This document shows, piece by piece, positions 36,427 to 46,320 of a DNA stretch of 64,000 nt (positions are counted from its first letter, which is position 1; each line of letters begins with the position of its first letter). Under the pieces are notes generated by a model that saw nothing but the letters and a program-made list of their open reading frames with translations, was not told where the DNA came from and did not search any database. The translations under genes and the position numbers were made by a program. Origin of the DNA: an uncultured delta proteobacterium (GTDB taxonomy: Bacteria > Desulfobacterota > Binatia > JACPRU01); NCBI GenBank assembly GCA_963745025.1, contig CAVUWD010000016.1, positions 256,001 through 320,000 of the forward strand, written 5' to 3'.

Positions 36427-37653
36427 TCAGGGAGTGAGCATCCGCGCAGAGAACGTCGATTCCCCCATCACGTCGATCGGTGACACCGCAGAAATGACGC
36501 CGAGCACCCGCTGCTGATCTCGAACGACGATCTCCCCGAGTGGCTGGTCCTTCGCGATCGGCGCGGACACCATCGCGGGCACCTGGAACGTCACGTGCAA
36601 ATCGCTTTTCGCGTCGTTGCGCACCAAGTACGTCACGCTCTGGGCAGCGACTGGCTGGACGTGGTCGGTCGATCCGTTCGCGATCTTGACGTCGAAGGAG
36701 AGCGATTGTCCCGCCTCCACCACCTTCAGTTTCGAGAAGTGGGCGAATCCCCACTCCATCAGCTGCTGCGCGAGCAGGAACCGCGACTGCAGCGTTGGAC
36801 AGCCGAGAACGACTGCAATCAGCCGCAAGCCATCTCGTGAAGCCGTCGCCGTGAGATTGAAGCCGGCCTGACGATAGTAGCCGGTCTTGAGGCCGTCGGC
36901 CCCGTCCATGTGACCCACGAGGTGATTCGTGTTGCGGATCAACACGGTGCCGCCGCGGATCGGCACCAGCGGTTGCGCGGAGTAGTGAAGGACCCGCGGG
37001 TGTTCGAGGAGCTTGCGCGCGAGTATCGCGAGATCGTTCGCCGACGTCATGTCGGGGAGACCCTTGCCCCGGCGGGGAGGCAACCCGTTCACCGTCCGAT
37101 ACGTGGTCTCGCTCATACCGAGCTCTCGCGCCCGGTCGTTCATACGCGCAATCATCGCCGGCTGGCTGCCCGCGATCGCGTCCGCAATCGCGACGCTGGC
37201 CCCGTTCGCGGAGGCGACGAGCATCGCTTTCAGCAAGTCCTCGAACGGCAATCGTTCGCCTGGCTTGAGGAGCACTCCCGAGCCACCCGTGCGGCTGGCA
37301 GCGAGGCTGATCGAAATCTTATCGTCCAGATGAATTTCGCCACGCTCGAGCGCTTCGAAGGCGAGAAGCGCCGTCATCATCTTGACCATCGAAGCGGGCG
37401 GCCGCGGATCGGTCGGGTCTTTGGCAAAAAGCACGCGGCCACCGTCGGCATCGATCAACAACGCCGACACATAGGGTCCCTCCGGTGGATGCTCGGGAGG
37501 CGCCGCCAATCGCGCGGGTACGAATACGGTCCCCGGGCGCACCCGGTGCGCGAGATGGCGGTGTGCACGCTCGTGACGGGCGAAGGCAGGGCTCGATTGC
37601 GCGACCAACGCCGCCACGCCCATCAGCACACAGACCCACCCCCGCTTCATCAT
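36427..37653 (-). CDS. dacA: D-alanyl-D-alanine carboxypeptidase (PBP5/6 family)
   Basis: PASMVK (SxxK), SAN, KTG, PBP5 C-terminal domain. Confidence 0.93.
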   Translation of the reverse strand: MMKRGWVCVLMGVAALVAQSSPAFARHERAHRHLAHRVRPGTVFVPARLAAPPEHPPEGPYVSALLIDADGGRVLFAKDPTDPRPPASMVKMMTALLAFEALERGEIHLDDKISISLAASRTGGSGVLLKPGERLPFEDLLKAMLVASANGASVAIADAIAGSQPAMIARMNDRARELGMSETTYRTVNGLPPRRGKGLPDMTSANDLAILARKLLEHPRVLHYSAQPLVPIRGGTVLIRNTNHLVGHMDGADGLKTGYYRQAGFNLTATASRDGLRLIAVVLGCPTLQSRFLLAQQLMEWGFAHFSKLKVVEAGQSLSFDVKIANGSTDHVQPVAAQSVTYLVRNDAKSDLHVTFQVPAMVSAPIAKDQPLGEIVVRDQQRVLGVISAVSPIDVMGESTFSARMLTP

Positions 37654-37684
37654 TACGTTCGGTCCCCGACCGCTAACGGTATTA

Positions 37685-37714
37685 AATTTACGCGTGGTTG
37701 CGAGGGGATGTCAA
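37685..37714 (-). promoter_or_regulatory. putative sigma70 promoter of dacA
   Basis: TTGACA-N18-TAAATT on the minus strand. Confidence 0.55.
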
Positions 37715-37822
37715 CTCGAACAGTGGTTTGAACAAGATCTCGCGTCACCTTCCAGTGACTCCAGTGACTATAGAAGCGTGGTTTGACAGGTATTGGGGAA
37801 AGCAATAAGCAAGCATGATATC

Positions 37823-38803
37823 GTGCCGCGGATCTTGGGGATGGGACACTGTCTGCCTGAACGGCGGGTGGACAACCAGGAACTCGCCGAGAAACTCGGC
37901 GTCGCCGCGGCCGAGATCGAGAAGCGAAGTGGTGTCCGGTCGCGGTTTTTCGCGGCCGACGGGCAGGGTCCCTCGGACCTCGCAAGGGTGGCGGCCGAGA
38001 TCGCCCTCAGCGAAGCCGGAATCGGCCCGACCGACATCGAATTCCTGATCTTTGCCACCATGACGCCGGACGTCACGTTTCCCGGGTCCGGCTGCTATCT
38101 GCAGAAGAAGCTTGGTTGCCGCACGATCGGTGCACTCGATCTACGCGCGCAGTGTGCCGGCTTCCTCTTCGCGCTCGAAGTCGCCGATCAGTTTCTTCGG
38201 GCCGGCGCCTACCGTCGTGTCTTGATCGCGGCGGGCGACGTGCACTCGTCCGGTCTCGACTTCTCTCCGCGAGGAGCTGCTGCGACGCCACTCTTCGGAG
38301 ACGGCGCCGTGGTCGCGGTCCTGGGCGCCGAGGGCGACGACCTCCTCGGATCGGTGATCCACACCGATCCGAGCCGGTTCGAGAATTTCTGGTGCGAGCT
38401 TCCTTCGAGCCGGCGTCGGCCCACGCGTTTTCTGCCGCAGGATCTCGCTCTCGGGAAGCACTACCCGAGCCTCGATGTCGACGCGGTCTGGCGCGAGGGG
38501 GTTCAACACATGCGCGCGGCCGTGGAAGAGGTCCTCACCAAGAGTACGGTGAGGCCCGACGACGTGCGCCAGTTCTTCTTTCAACACGTGTATCGCGACG
38601 CGGCGCTGGCGGTTGCCGAAAATCTCGGCGTGGCTGCGCGCGCGACCGTCGGCGGTCTCGATGAAGGGCACATCGCGAGCGCGTCGTTGCCGCTTGCGCT
38701 TTGCCGCGCACGGCAGAATGGAGACGTTGGAGCCGGAGACCTCGTCTGCCTGGCGACTGCGGGCTCGGGAGCGAACTGGGGCGCAGCTTTGGTTCGGCTG
38801 TGA
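37823..38803 (+). CDS. divergent 3-oxoacyl-ACP synthase III-like protein (start uncertain, 37793 or 37823)
   Basis: AQCAGF, FGDGA; QHVY and GHIASASLP replace HQAN and GNT. Confidence 0.85.
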   Translation: MPRILGMGHCLPERRVDNQELAEKLGVAAAEIEKRSGVRSRFFAADGQGPSDLARVAAEIALSEAGIGPTDIEFLIFATMTPDVTFPGSGCYLQKKLGCRTIGALDLRAQCAGFLFALEVADQFLRAGAYRRVLIAAGDVHSSGLDFSPRGAAATPLFGDGAVVAVLGAEGDDLLGSVIHTDPSRFENFWCELPSSRRRPTRFLPQDLALGKHYPSLDVDAVWREGVQHMRAAVEEVLTKSTVRPDDVRQFFFQHVYRDAALAVAENLGVAARATVGGLDEGHIASASLPLALCRARQNGDVGAGDLVCLATAGSGANWGAALVRL

Positions 38804-38807
38804 GCCG

Positions 38808-39815
38808 ATGACGCACGCCAATTCGAGGATCGTCGGCGTCGGGCGGTATCTTCCCGAGCACGTCGTGACGAATCAGGATCTCACGCGCGTGATGGATACG
38901 ACCGACGAGTGGATCCAGCAACGCACCGGCATCCGCGAGCGCCGCTACATCGCGGAAGACACGGGTGCCGCCGATCTCGGGGTCGTGGCGGCCCGCGAAG
39001 CGCTCGATCGCGCGGGGCTGCGTGCGGATCAGATGGACCTCGTGCTGTTCGCGACGCTCAGCCCGGATTACGACTTCCCGGCGAGCGCCTGCGTGTTGTC
39101 GCGATTGTTCGGGCTGAAGCGCACCCCCGCCTTCGATGTCAAGAATCAATGCTCCGGCTTTCTTTATGGGCTCGCGATCGCGGACAAATTCATCAAGACG
39201 GGGCGCGCACGTCACGTCCTGCTGGTTGGAGGAGAGATCCATTCGACGGGCATCGATCTCACCACTCGCGGCCGCGACGTCGCCGTCATCTTCGGTGACG
39301 GTGCAGCTGCGGCCGTTCTCACCGCCGAGCCCGACGCGAAGCGTGGCATTCTCTCGACGCACCTCCACTCGGAGGGCCGGTACGCCGAGAAGCTCTGGCT
39401 CGAAGCGGCGGCGAGCCGATCGCGCCCGCGCCTTTCGCAGGAGATGCTCGAGGGGGCGAAGCCTCGCATCTTCCCGCACATGGAAGGCAAGTACGTCTTC
39501 AAACATGCCCTCACGCGCTTTCCGGAGGTTATCCTGGAAGCACTCTCTGCAAACGGCTTCTCCGTGAAGGACCTCGATCTGCTGATTCCCCACCAAGCGA
39601 ATCTTCGCATCAGCCAGATGGTCGCGATGGGGCTCGAGCTCCGCGAGGAGCAGATGTTCAACAACATCGACCGCTATGGCAACACGACGGCCTGCTCGAT
39701 TCCCTTGGCGCTCTACGAGGCGATCGAGCAAGGCAGGGTCGAGGCAGGCGCGCTGATTTGTCTCGCCGCGTTCGGGGCGGGCTTCACCTGGGCGGCCGCG
39801 TTGATGCGCTGGTGA
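38808..39815 (+). CDS. fabH: 3-oxoacyl-ACP synthase III
   Basis: DEWIQQRTGI, QCSGF, FGDGA, PHQANLRI, YGNTTACSIP, FGAGFTW. Confidence 0.93.
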   Translation: MTHANSRIVGVGRYLPEHVVTNQDLTRVMDTTDEWIQQRTGIRERRYIAEDTGAADLGVVAAREALDRAGLRADQMDLVLFATLSPDYDFPASACVLSRLFGLKRTPAFDVKNQCSGFLYGLAIADKFIKTGRARHVLLVGGEIHSTGIDLTTRGRDVAVIFGDGAAAAVLTAEPDAKRGILSTHLHSEGRYAEKLWLEAAASRSRPRLSQEMLEGAKPRIFPHMEGKYVFKHALTRFPEVILEALSANGFSVKDLDLLIPHQANLRISQMVAMGLELREEQMFNNIDRYGNTTACSIPLALYEAIEQGRVEAGALICLAAFGAGFTWAAALMRW

Positions 39816-40315
39816 GCGTGGCGATCCTCAGAAGATCCGGGGGCGCGCCGCTCGCTCTCGCCTTCGATGCCATGGGGCGGCGCGATCTGCCTTTCGTGAC
39901 CGAGCTCGAGCGCAAGTCGTTCTCCCACCCATGGACGTCCGAGGTCTTTCTCCGTGAGCTTCGACTTCCCTTCTCGAAGATCGTACTGGCCCGTCTCGCC
40001 GGAGAGCCTGGCGCCGCCGTGGTCGGCTATCTTTGTCGCTGGCTTGCCGCGGGTGCTCTCGAGATCCAGAACGTCGCGGTTCATCCCGATTGGAGACGTC
40101 GCTCGATCGGGCGCAGGCTGGTGGAGCATACGCTCACGGAGGCGTCGCAGCTCGGCGCGCAAACGGCGCTGCTCGAGGTTCGTCGTCACAATTTTCCGGC
40201 CATCTCGTTGTATCGCGGGCTCGGCTTTCGGGAGACGGGTGTTCGACCGGGATACTACGCGGACGGTGAGGATGCGCTGCAGATGGAGCTCCGGTTCGAT
40301 CGTGGCGGAGGTTGA
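39812..40315 (+). CDS. rimI: ribosomal-protein-alanine N-acetyltransferase
   Basis: SFSHPW, NVAVHP..RRRSIG, LEVR..N..AISLY..GF..RPGYY..GEDA. Confidence 0.9.
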   Translation: MSVAILRRSGGAPLALAFDAMGRRDLPFVTELERKSFSHPWTSEVFLRELRLPFSKIVLARLAGEPGAAVVGYLCRWLAAGALEIQNVAVHPDWRRRSIGRRLVEHTLTEASQLGAQTALLEVRRHNFPAISLYRGLGFRETGVRPGYYADGEDALQMELRFDRGGG

Positions 40316-41234
40316 TCTTCGCGTTGACGTCGGTGGCGGCCTCGTGCTCGCCAACCCGGTGATCGCGGCTTCAGGAACATTCGGCTATGGCGTCGAGTAT
40401 GCCGGAGTCACCGATCTCCGCGTGCTCGGCGCGGTGGTCGTGAAGGGCATATCGCGCAAGCCCTCCGCGGGTCATCCACCGCCGCGGCTGGTGGAGACGC
40501 CCGCGGGGATGCTCAATGCCATCGGCCTCCAGAACATCGGTGTCGAGCGGTTCTTGGCCGAGAAGCTCCCGTGGCTTCGCGAGCGTGGGATCACGGTCGT
40601 CGTCAATTGCTGGGGCAACACGGTGGAAGAGTATGGCGACGTCGTCGCCGCGCTCGACGCCGCGCCCGGCATCGCTGCGCTCGAGGTGAACATCTCGAGC
40701 CCCAACAAGCGGGAGTGGGGCGGCATCATCGCCACCGACACGAAGCGGACCGCCGAGGTCGTCGCGGTCGCGCGCGCACAAACGCGCCGACCGCTCTGGG
40801 TCAAGCTCTCTCCGAACGTGAGCGACATCGCCGAGGTCGCGCGCGCCGCCCAGGACGCGGGCGCCGACACGCTGTGCGTGGCGAACACCTACCTCGGCAT
40901 GGCCGTGGATCTTCGCCGGAGGCGGCCCGTCCTGAGCAACGTGACCGGAGGTCTATCGGGACCCGCGATCAAGCCGCTCAACCTCCGTGCCGTTTACCAG
41001 GTCGTCCATTCGACGAAGCTCCCGGTGATCGGCATCGGTGGAATCTCGAGCGGCAATGATGCGCTCGAGTACCTGCTCGTGGGCGCTTGCGCCGTTCAGG
41101 TCGGCACAGCGAATCTCTACGACCCGGGTGCGGGCCCGAAGATCCTTCGACAAATCAAGAAGTTCCTAGAGGCGGAGGGGATTGACCACGTACAGGATTT
41201 CGTGGGCTCGCTGAAAAGCGAAGTATCAAGTTGA
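40302..41234 (+). CDS. pyrD: dihydroorotate dehydrogenase family 1
   Basis: NPVIAASGTFGYG, GMLNAIGLQN, EVNISSPN, VKLSPNV, GGLSGPAIKP, QVGTA. Confidence 0.93.
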   Translation: MAEVDLRVDVGGGLVLANPVIAASGTFGYGVEYAGVTDLRVLGAVVVKGISRKPSAGHPPPRLVETPAGMLNAIGLQNIGVERFLAEKLPWLRERGITVVVNCWGNTVEEYGDVVAALDAAPGIAALEVNISSPNKREWGGIIATDTKRTAEVVAVARAQTRRPLWVKLSPNVSDIAEVARAAQDAGADTLCVANTYLGMAVDLRRRRPVLSNVTGGLSGPAIKPLNLRAVYQVVHSTKLPVIGIGGISSGNDALEYLLVGACAVQVGTANLYDPGAGPKILRQIKKFLEAEGIDHVQDFVGSLKSEVSS

Positions 41235-41259
41235 CCACGTCTCAAAACTAACCTAAAAT
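41231..41259 (+). promoter_or_regulatory. sigma70 promoter of carD
   Basis: TTGACC-N17-TAAAAT in an AT-rich patch; AAGGAGG RBS downstream. Confidence 0.75.
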
Positions 41260-41301
41260 TGAGAACTTATGATATCTCTCCCCGCCCGAAGGAGGGTCTG
41301 A

Positions 41302-41805
41302 ATGCTCAAACTAGGCGCTGAGTTCAAGATCGGAGAGAAGGTCGTCTATCCGGCTCACGGGGTCGGAGTCATCGAGAGCCTGCAAGTTCGGAACGTTTCC
41401 GGAACGCAGAAGAAATTCTACATGCTCCGCATCGTCGACAGCGACATGACCATCATGATCCCGACCGAGAACGTTCAGACGGTCGGTCTTCGCCGCATCA
41501 TCGGCAGAGACATGGTGAGCAAGGTCTACAAGATTTTGCGCGAAAAGAAGGTCGAGGTCGATCAGCAGACCTGGAACCGGCGCTACCGCGAGTACACCGA
41601 GAAGATCAAGACCGGGTCGGTGCTGGAGATCGCCAAGGTGTTGCGCGATCTGTTCGTGCTGAAGGCCGACAAGGAGCTGTCGTTCGGTGAGCGCAAGATG
41701 CTCGACACCGCGCGCAATCTCCTCGTGAAAGAGTTGGCCATCGCTCGCTCGTTCCCGGAGGAGAGGATCATGGAGGAGCTGAAGACGATTTTCGCCCGCC
41801 ACTAG
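41302..41805 (+). CDS. carD: CarD/CdnL RNA polymerase-binding regulator
   Basis: GEKVVYPAHGVG, TWNRRYRE, LSFGERKML. Confidence 0.95.
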   Translation: MLKLGAEFKIGEKVVYPAHGVGVIESLQVRNVSGTQKKFYMLRIVDSDMTIMIPTENVQTVGLRRIIGRDMVSKVYKILREKKVEVDQQTWNRRYREYTEKIKTGSVLEIAKVLRDLFVLKADKELSFGERKMLDTARNLLVKELAIARSFPEERIMEELKTIFARH

Positions 41806-41826
41806 GCGAGCGCATGGTGTTCCAGC

Positions 41827-41870
41827 CAACGCGAGGGGCCGGGAGCGATCTCGACCCCTCGCGTTGTTTT
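41827..41870 (+). terminator. intrinsic terminator after carD
   Basis: CAACGCGAGGGG..CCCCTCGCGTTG followed by TTTT. Confidence 0.8.
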
Positions 41871-41932
41871 GAGCGGCTATGGGAAAGACTCGGCGCGAAT
41901 TCTTTCCCGTAGACCGAAGCCTGTAGCCTTCT

Positions 41933-43225
41933 TCACACGTACCGCATCTCGACGAAGCGACCGCGCAGCCGATTCACCGCCGCTTTGACCACTTTGCCTC
42001 GGATGGCATCGGCGATCAGCGTCGCGAGCTCGCCCATCTCGATCGGCGTCATGCCGAACCGCGTCATCTCCTGTACGCCGACCCGCAGCCCGGAAGGGTT
42101 TCTCGGATCCTGATCGCCGGGGAGCATGTTGTAGTTGACAATGATGTCCTGACTCTCGAGCCGCGCGGCGACCTCGACGCCACCGCCGAAGCTCGCAACG
42201 TTCACCGCGATCTGATGGCTGCGAGTGAAGCCGGAGTCCTTGGCCTCGACCGGGATGCCTTGATCGAAGAGCGCGCGACCGAGCGCTTGCGCGTTGCGGA
42301 CCACCTGCGCAACGTACGCGTGGCCATGCGCTTTCATTTCCCGCGTTGCCACGAGTAGCCCAGCAAGCGAGTGCAGGTGGTGATTGCTCGACGAGCCCGG
42401 AAAGACTCCGCGATCGGCAGGCCCCCAATACGTCTCGGCTTCGGACTCATCGAGGTTTGCGAGAATTACGCCGCGCTGTGGACCCGGAAACGTCTTGTGG
42501 GTGCTGCCCGTCAGATACGTCGCCCCTTCGCGGAGTGGGTCCTGGAACCCGCCGCCGGCGATCAATCCAAGAACGTGCGCGCCGTCGAACAGAATGGGGA
42601 TCTTTCGCTCGCGACAGACGGGCGCGAGCTGGGCGAGCGGCTCGGGAAAGAGGAAGAGACTCTTGCCGAGCACGACGAGCTGAGGTCGGATGCGATCGAT
42701 CATCTCGACCGCTCCTTTCTCATCCATGTGATACTTGTCGGCGGCGAGCGGGAAGAAATGGAGCCGAACCGAGTTTTCGCGTCCCGGAGCGAGCGTCTGC
42801 CCGCGTATCTGAATCCGTCTGCCGAAGACGCCGACGAGATTGTGGCTGATGTGCCCGCCCGCATCCGTGGAATTGACGATCACGCTGTCGCCGCCACGCA
42901 ACCAGCCGAGAGCGATCGCGGTATTCGCGGCGTTGCCGCTGATCGGGCGAACGTCGGCCTGGCGGCATCGAAACAGCTCCAGGATCTCCCGGCGCGCCTT
43001 GCGTTCGATCTCGTCGACGAACCGCGTGCCTTGATAGTAGCGGTTGATCCGTCCTTCTTCGTTCGGGTGGCCCTCCGCGTAGCGGGCCATGAAGTCGGAG
43101 TTTTGAACGTCGCGGACCGCGCGGCTCTGCGCGTTCTCACTGGCGATCAGGTTGATCGTTTCTCGGCCGCGCCACTGTTCCTGGCGCTGGACGAGATCTT
43201 CGATGTCGCGGATGTCGACGGGCAT
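41933..43225 (-). CDS. glyA: serine hydroxymethyltransferase, archaeal-like
   Basis: INLIASEN, RYAEG, YYQG, GGHISH, DGAHVLGL, STHKTFPGPQ, SNHHLH, PSGLRVG. Confidence 0.92.
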   Translation of the reverse strand: MPVDIRDIEDLVQRQEQWRGRETINLIASENAQSRAVRDVQNSDFMARYAEGHPNEEGRINRYYQGTRFVDEIERKARREILELFRCRQADVRPISGNAANTAIALGWLRGGDSVIVNSTDAGGHISHNLVGVFGRRIQIRGQTLAPGRENSVRLHFFPLAADKYHMDEKGAVEMIDRIRPQLVVLGKSLFLFPEPLAQLAPVCRERKIPILFDGAHVLGLIAGGGFQDPLREGATYLTGSTHKTFPGPQRGVILANLDESEAETYWGPADRGVFPGSSSNHHLHSLAGLLVATREMKAHGHAYVAQVVRNAQALGRALFDQGIPVEAKDSGFTRSHQIAVNVASFGGGVEVAARLESQDIIVNYNMLPGDQDPRNPSGLRVGVQEMTRFGMTPIEMGELATLIADAIRGKVVKAAVNRLRGRFVEMRYV

Positions 43226-43485
43226 GGGAACGCTCCTCCGGAAAGAGCGCGTGTCTATCACCGCCGCAGTGTTGCTCCAAGTCCGTGCGTCGCGGCGAGG
43301 ATCGAAGGGGCCGCGATCGAGGGTCCGCGGCCACTTGAAACGAATCGAAGGCGCTGCCGGCTCGGCTCAACTCAGGCCATGGCAGATTCCTCCCGCGGCA
43401 GAATCTCTAGGAAAAGCGGCGGCTACACGCTACGGGCTATCGGAGAGGTATCGCAAAGTCCTTGCCGGTAGCCGGTAGCCTTCCT

Positions 43486-44229
43486 ATGGACAGCCTGACT
43501 TCCAGCCTTCTCCTCGGCGTCGCCGCCGGCTCGGCCAACGTGCTCGGAGGGCTGATGGTGGTGGCCCGCCGCGACCCGTGGGATCCACGGATCCTGCACG
43601 GCTTCGTGGCCTTGGGAGCGGGCTTCATGCTGGCGGCGGCATTGTTGCGCATGGGTCCGGAAGCAGCCGGGCTCACCCGCGCGGCTCCCCTATTGATCCT
43701 CGCCGGCTACCTGCTCGTTCATCTGTTCGAGCATACGATCGCGCCGCATTTTCACTTTGGCGAAGAGACGCACCCGCATCTCGTCGTCGGCTCCTCGATA
43801 TGGGCGTCGGCATTGATGGGCCTAGTCGTTCACAGCCTCTTCGACGGCATCTCGATCGCCTCGGGCTTTCTGGTGAGGCCCGCGCTCGGCCTGCTGGTGT
43901 TCGCCGCCATCATCCTGCACAAGGCACCGGAGGGCTTCGCGATCGCCTCGGTGATGGTGGCCGCGGGCGTTCGCCGCGGTGGTGCGCTCGCTTCCACGCT
44001 TGCGGTCGGGCTTGCGAGCGTTGCGGGCGTGCTGGCCGCACAGGCGCTCGCAGGCTACGTCGGAGCGGCGCTCGCGCTCTCGACCGGTGTAACCCTCTAC
44101 GTGGCCGCCTCCGATCTCATCCCGGAGGTCAACAAGGAAGAGGGGGCGATCATGGCCTTGCTCGTCTTCGCCGGCGTCGCGCTGTTCTACGGAAGCGAGG
44201 TCTGCCTCTTGGCGCTCGGCCTCTCTTAG
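43486..44229 (+). CDS. ZIP family metal transporter
   Basis: HFHFGEETH, HSLFDG, ILHKAPEG, LYVAASDLIPE. Confidence 0.92.
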   Translation: MDSLTSSLLLGVAAGSANVLGGLMVVARRDPWDPRILHGFVALGAGFMLAAALLRMGPEAAGLTRAAPLLILAGYLLVHLFEHTIAPHFHFGEETHPHLVVGSSIWASALMGLVVHSLFDGISIASGFLVRPALGLLVFAAIILHKAPEGFAIASVMVAAGVRRGGALASTLAVGLASVAGVLAAQALAGYVGAALALSTGVTLYVAASDLIPEVNKEEGAIMALLVFAGVALFYGSEVCLLALGLS

Positions 44230-44503
44230 GGACTTCTGACCCGGCACACTGGATTGGCGCCGGCTCGCTTTTTCACCAGCTGCTGTGTAAGAAAAATCAT
44301 CAACATCGAGGACACAGGCGTGGATCTGGCAGCAAAACAGCGGTCTCAGTGGCGCGAAGGCGCTGGTTATTTTCGGTCGCAGGGGCGAAGCGCGTTCGGG
44401 CGGCTTCAAGGAAAGCGGCATCGGGAGTGGGGGGGAGTGTGGGGAATGGACGAGTACGCCGAGGTCCAGACGATCACTTGAACCTCGTGAGCAGGACCGC
44501 ACG

Positions 44504-46318
44504 ATGAGCGAGACGGTACAGCCGCAGGCGACCGGTGAAGGGTCCGGCGAGCGCTTCGGCGACTACGTTCTGCTCCAGAAGATCGCGCAGGGCGGAATGG
44601 CGGAGGTGTTTCTCGCCAAGCGCCGGGGCGTCGAGGGCTTCGAAAAGACCGTCGCCATCAAGCGTATTCTTCCCGAGCTCTCGTGGAACCGCGAGTTCGT
44701 CTCGATGTTCATCAACGAGGCGAAGATCGCCGCGCGGCTCTCGCATCCGAACATCGTACAGATTTTCGATTTCGGAAAGATCGACACCTACCATTTCATC
44801 GCCATGGAGTACGTGCACGGCGAGAACCTGCGCACGATTCTCCAGCGCGCGGAGCAGAAGAAGATTCCGATCTCGCCGGAGATCGCAGCCCTCATCGCGG
44901 CGAGAGCTTGTGCAGGGCTCGAGCACGCGCATCGCAAGAGTGACGAGAGCGGCAAGCCGCTGCGCATCGTTCACCGCGACGTGAGCCCGCAGAACGTCCT
45001 CGTGTCCTACGACGGCGACGTCAAGGTCGTCGACTTCGGCATCGCCAAGGCGGTCGCCGAGAATCCCGAGGTGACGCGCGGCGTGTTGAAGGGAAAGCTC
45101 GCGTATTTGTCACCCGAACAGGTGAGCGGCCGGAACCTCGATGCACGCAGCGACATCTTCGCGATGGGGCTCGTGCTCTACGAGCTCTTGGTGGGGAAGA
45201 AGCTCTTCGATCAGCAAGACCCGGCGGACGTTCTGGATTCGATCACGAAGATCGACGCGAACGAGGTCTCTCGTTCGGTTCCGGGCCTCGATCGCGGGCT
45301 GCGCGACGTGCTGCGGCGCGCGCTCGGCGTGGACCCCGAGCAGCGGTTCCGCACCGCCGGCGAGATGCAGATGGCGCTCGACGAGTACCTGCGCGCACGG
45401 GGGGATCCGGGCGGTGCCACGCAGCTCACGAGCCTCATGCGCCTGCTCTTCGACGAGAAGATCGGCGAGCGCACGATGCAAAGCCTGCGCTCCCAGGTAC
45501 TGGGGAAGAGCGCTCGAACGAGCCGATCGACGGTACGCGCGGGATCGCCCCTGCGCTTCGTCGCGGCGGTTGGGGGCGCCGCGCTCGGCATCATCTCGCT
45601 GCTGATCGCCGCTCCTGCGCTGCGGGCGTCGCCTGCGCGGCATGCACCCGAGGAGCCGACGACGCGGCGAGCTCCCGCTCCACCCGTCAGCGACGAAAGG
45701 CTACCGAGCCCGACCGCCGCTCCGGCGATCGTAAAGAGCGCCGACGGCTCGGCCGATCTCGAGCGCGCCAACGCCGCTCTCGCGGCCAATCAGCCAGCGG
45801 CTGCAGTGGCCGCGTTCGAGAAGGCGTTTGCCGCTTCGCCGGAACTCCGTGAGAAGCATGCATCGAATTATGCCAAGGCGTTGACGGAACAGGGGAAAAG
45901 CCTATTCGAGAGCGATTTGGACGCCGCCGCACTGCGTTTCAACGCCGCGGTAGCGGCAAATCCCGAGTCCTTCGACGCACATTTCTTTCTCGCCAAGATC
46001 TACACGCGCAAGTCGGAACCCGGGGCGGCGCTGCGCGAGTACCAGGAAGCCATCCGCATCAACCCCAAATCGGCCGACGCCCAGTTCAATCTCGGCTTCG
46101 TGTATTTTTCCGAACGGCGTTACGAGGACGCGCGCCGGCAGTACGAGAAGGTTGTCGATCTCAAGCCGCCGTACCTGGCCGATGTCTTTTACAACCTCTC
46201 GGCCTGCTACGAGCAGATGAAGAGAAAGCCCGAGGCGGTGGCGACGCTTCGCCGCGGGCTCGAAGCGGTTCCGACCAGCGACCTTCTGCGCCAGCGCCTG
46301 AAGCAGCTCGGAGGTTGA
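44504..46318 (+). CDS. membrane Ser/Thr kinase with C-terminal TPR domain
   Basis: AQGGMAEV, AIK, HRDVSPQN, DFGIAK, GKLAYLSPE; TM helix; TPRs. Confidence 0.93.
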   Translation: MSETVQPQATGEGSGERFGDYVLLQKIAQGGMAEVFLAKRRGVEGFEKTVAIKRILPELSWNREFVSMFINEAKIAARLSHPNIVQIFDFGKIDTYHFIAMEYVHGENLRTILQRAEQKKIPISPEIAALIAARACAGLEHAHRKSDESGKPLRIVHRDVSPQNVLVSYDGDVKVVDFGIAKAVAENPEVTRGVLKGKLAYLSPEQVSGRNLDARSDIFAMGLVLYELLVGKKLFDQQDPADVLDSITKIDANEVSRSVPGLDRGLRDVLRRALGVDPEQRFRTAGEMQMALDEYLRARGDPGGATQLTSLMRLLFDEKIGERTMQSLRSQVLGKSARTSRSTVRAGSPLRFVAAVGGAALGIISLLIAAPALRASPARHAPEEPTTRRAPAPPVSDERLPSPTAAPAIVKSADGSADLERANAALAANQPAAAVAAFEKAFAASPELREKHASNYAKALTEQGKSLFESDLDAAALRFNAAVAANPESFDAHFFLAKIYTRKSEPGAALREYQEAIRINPKSADAQFNLGFVYFSERRYEDARRQYEKVVDLKPPYLADVFYNLSACYEQMKRKPEAVATLRRGLEAVPTSDLLRQRLKQLGG

Positions 46319-46320
46319 GG

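Noticed and set aside
43226-43460. Possible ZTP/THF/glycine riboswitch upstream of glyA
   Set aside because: Hairpins are present but I could not match the conserved motifs by eye; an Infernal/Rfam scan would decide.
44230-44500. ORF 44254-44481 or ncRNA before the kinase
   Set aside because: No RBS, motif or convincing structure; only a G-rich patch.
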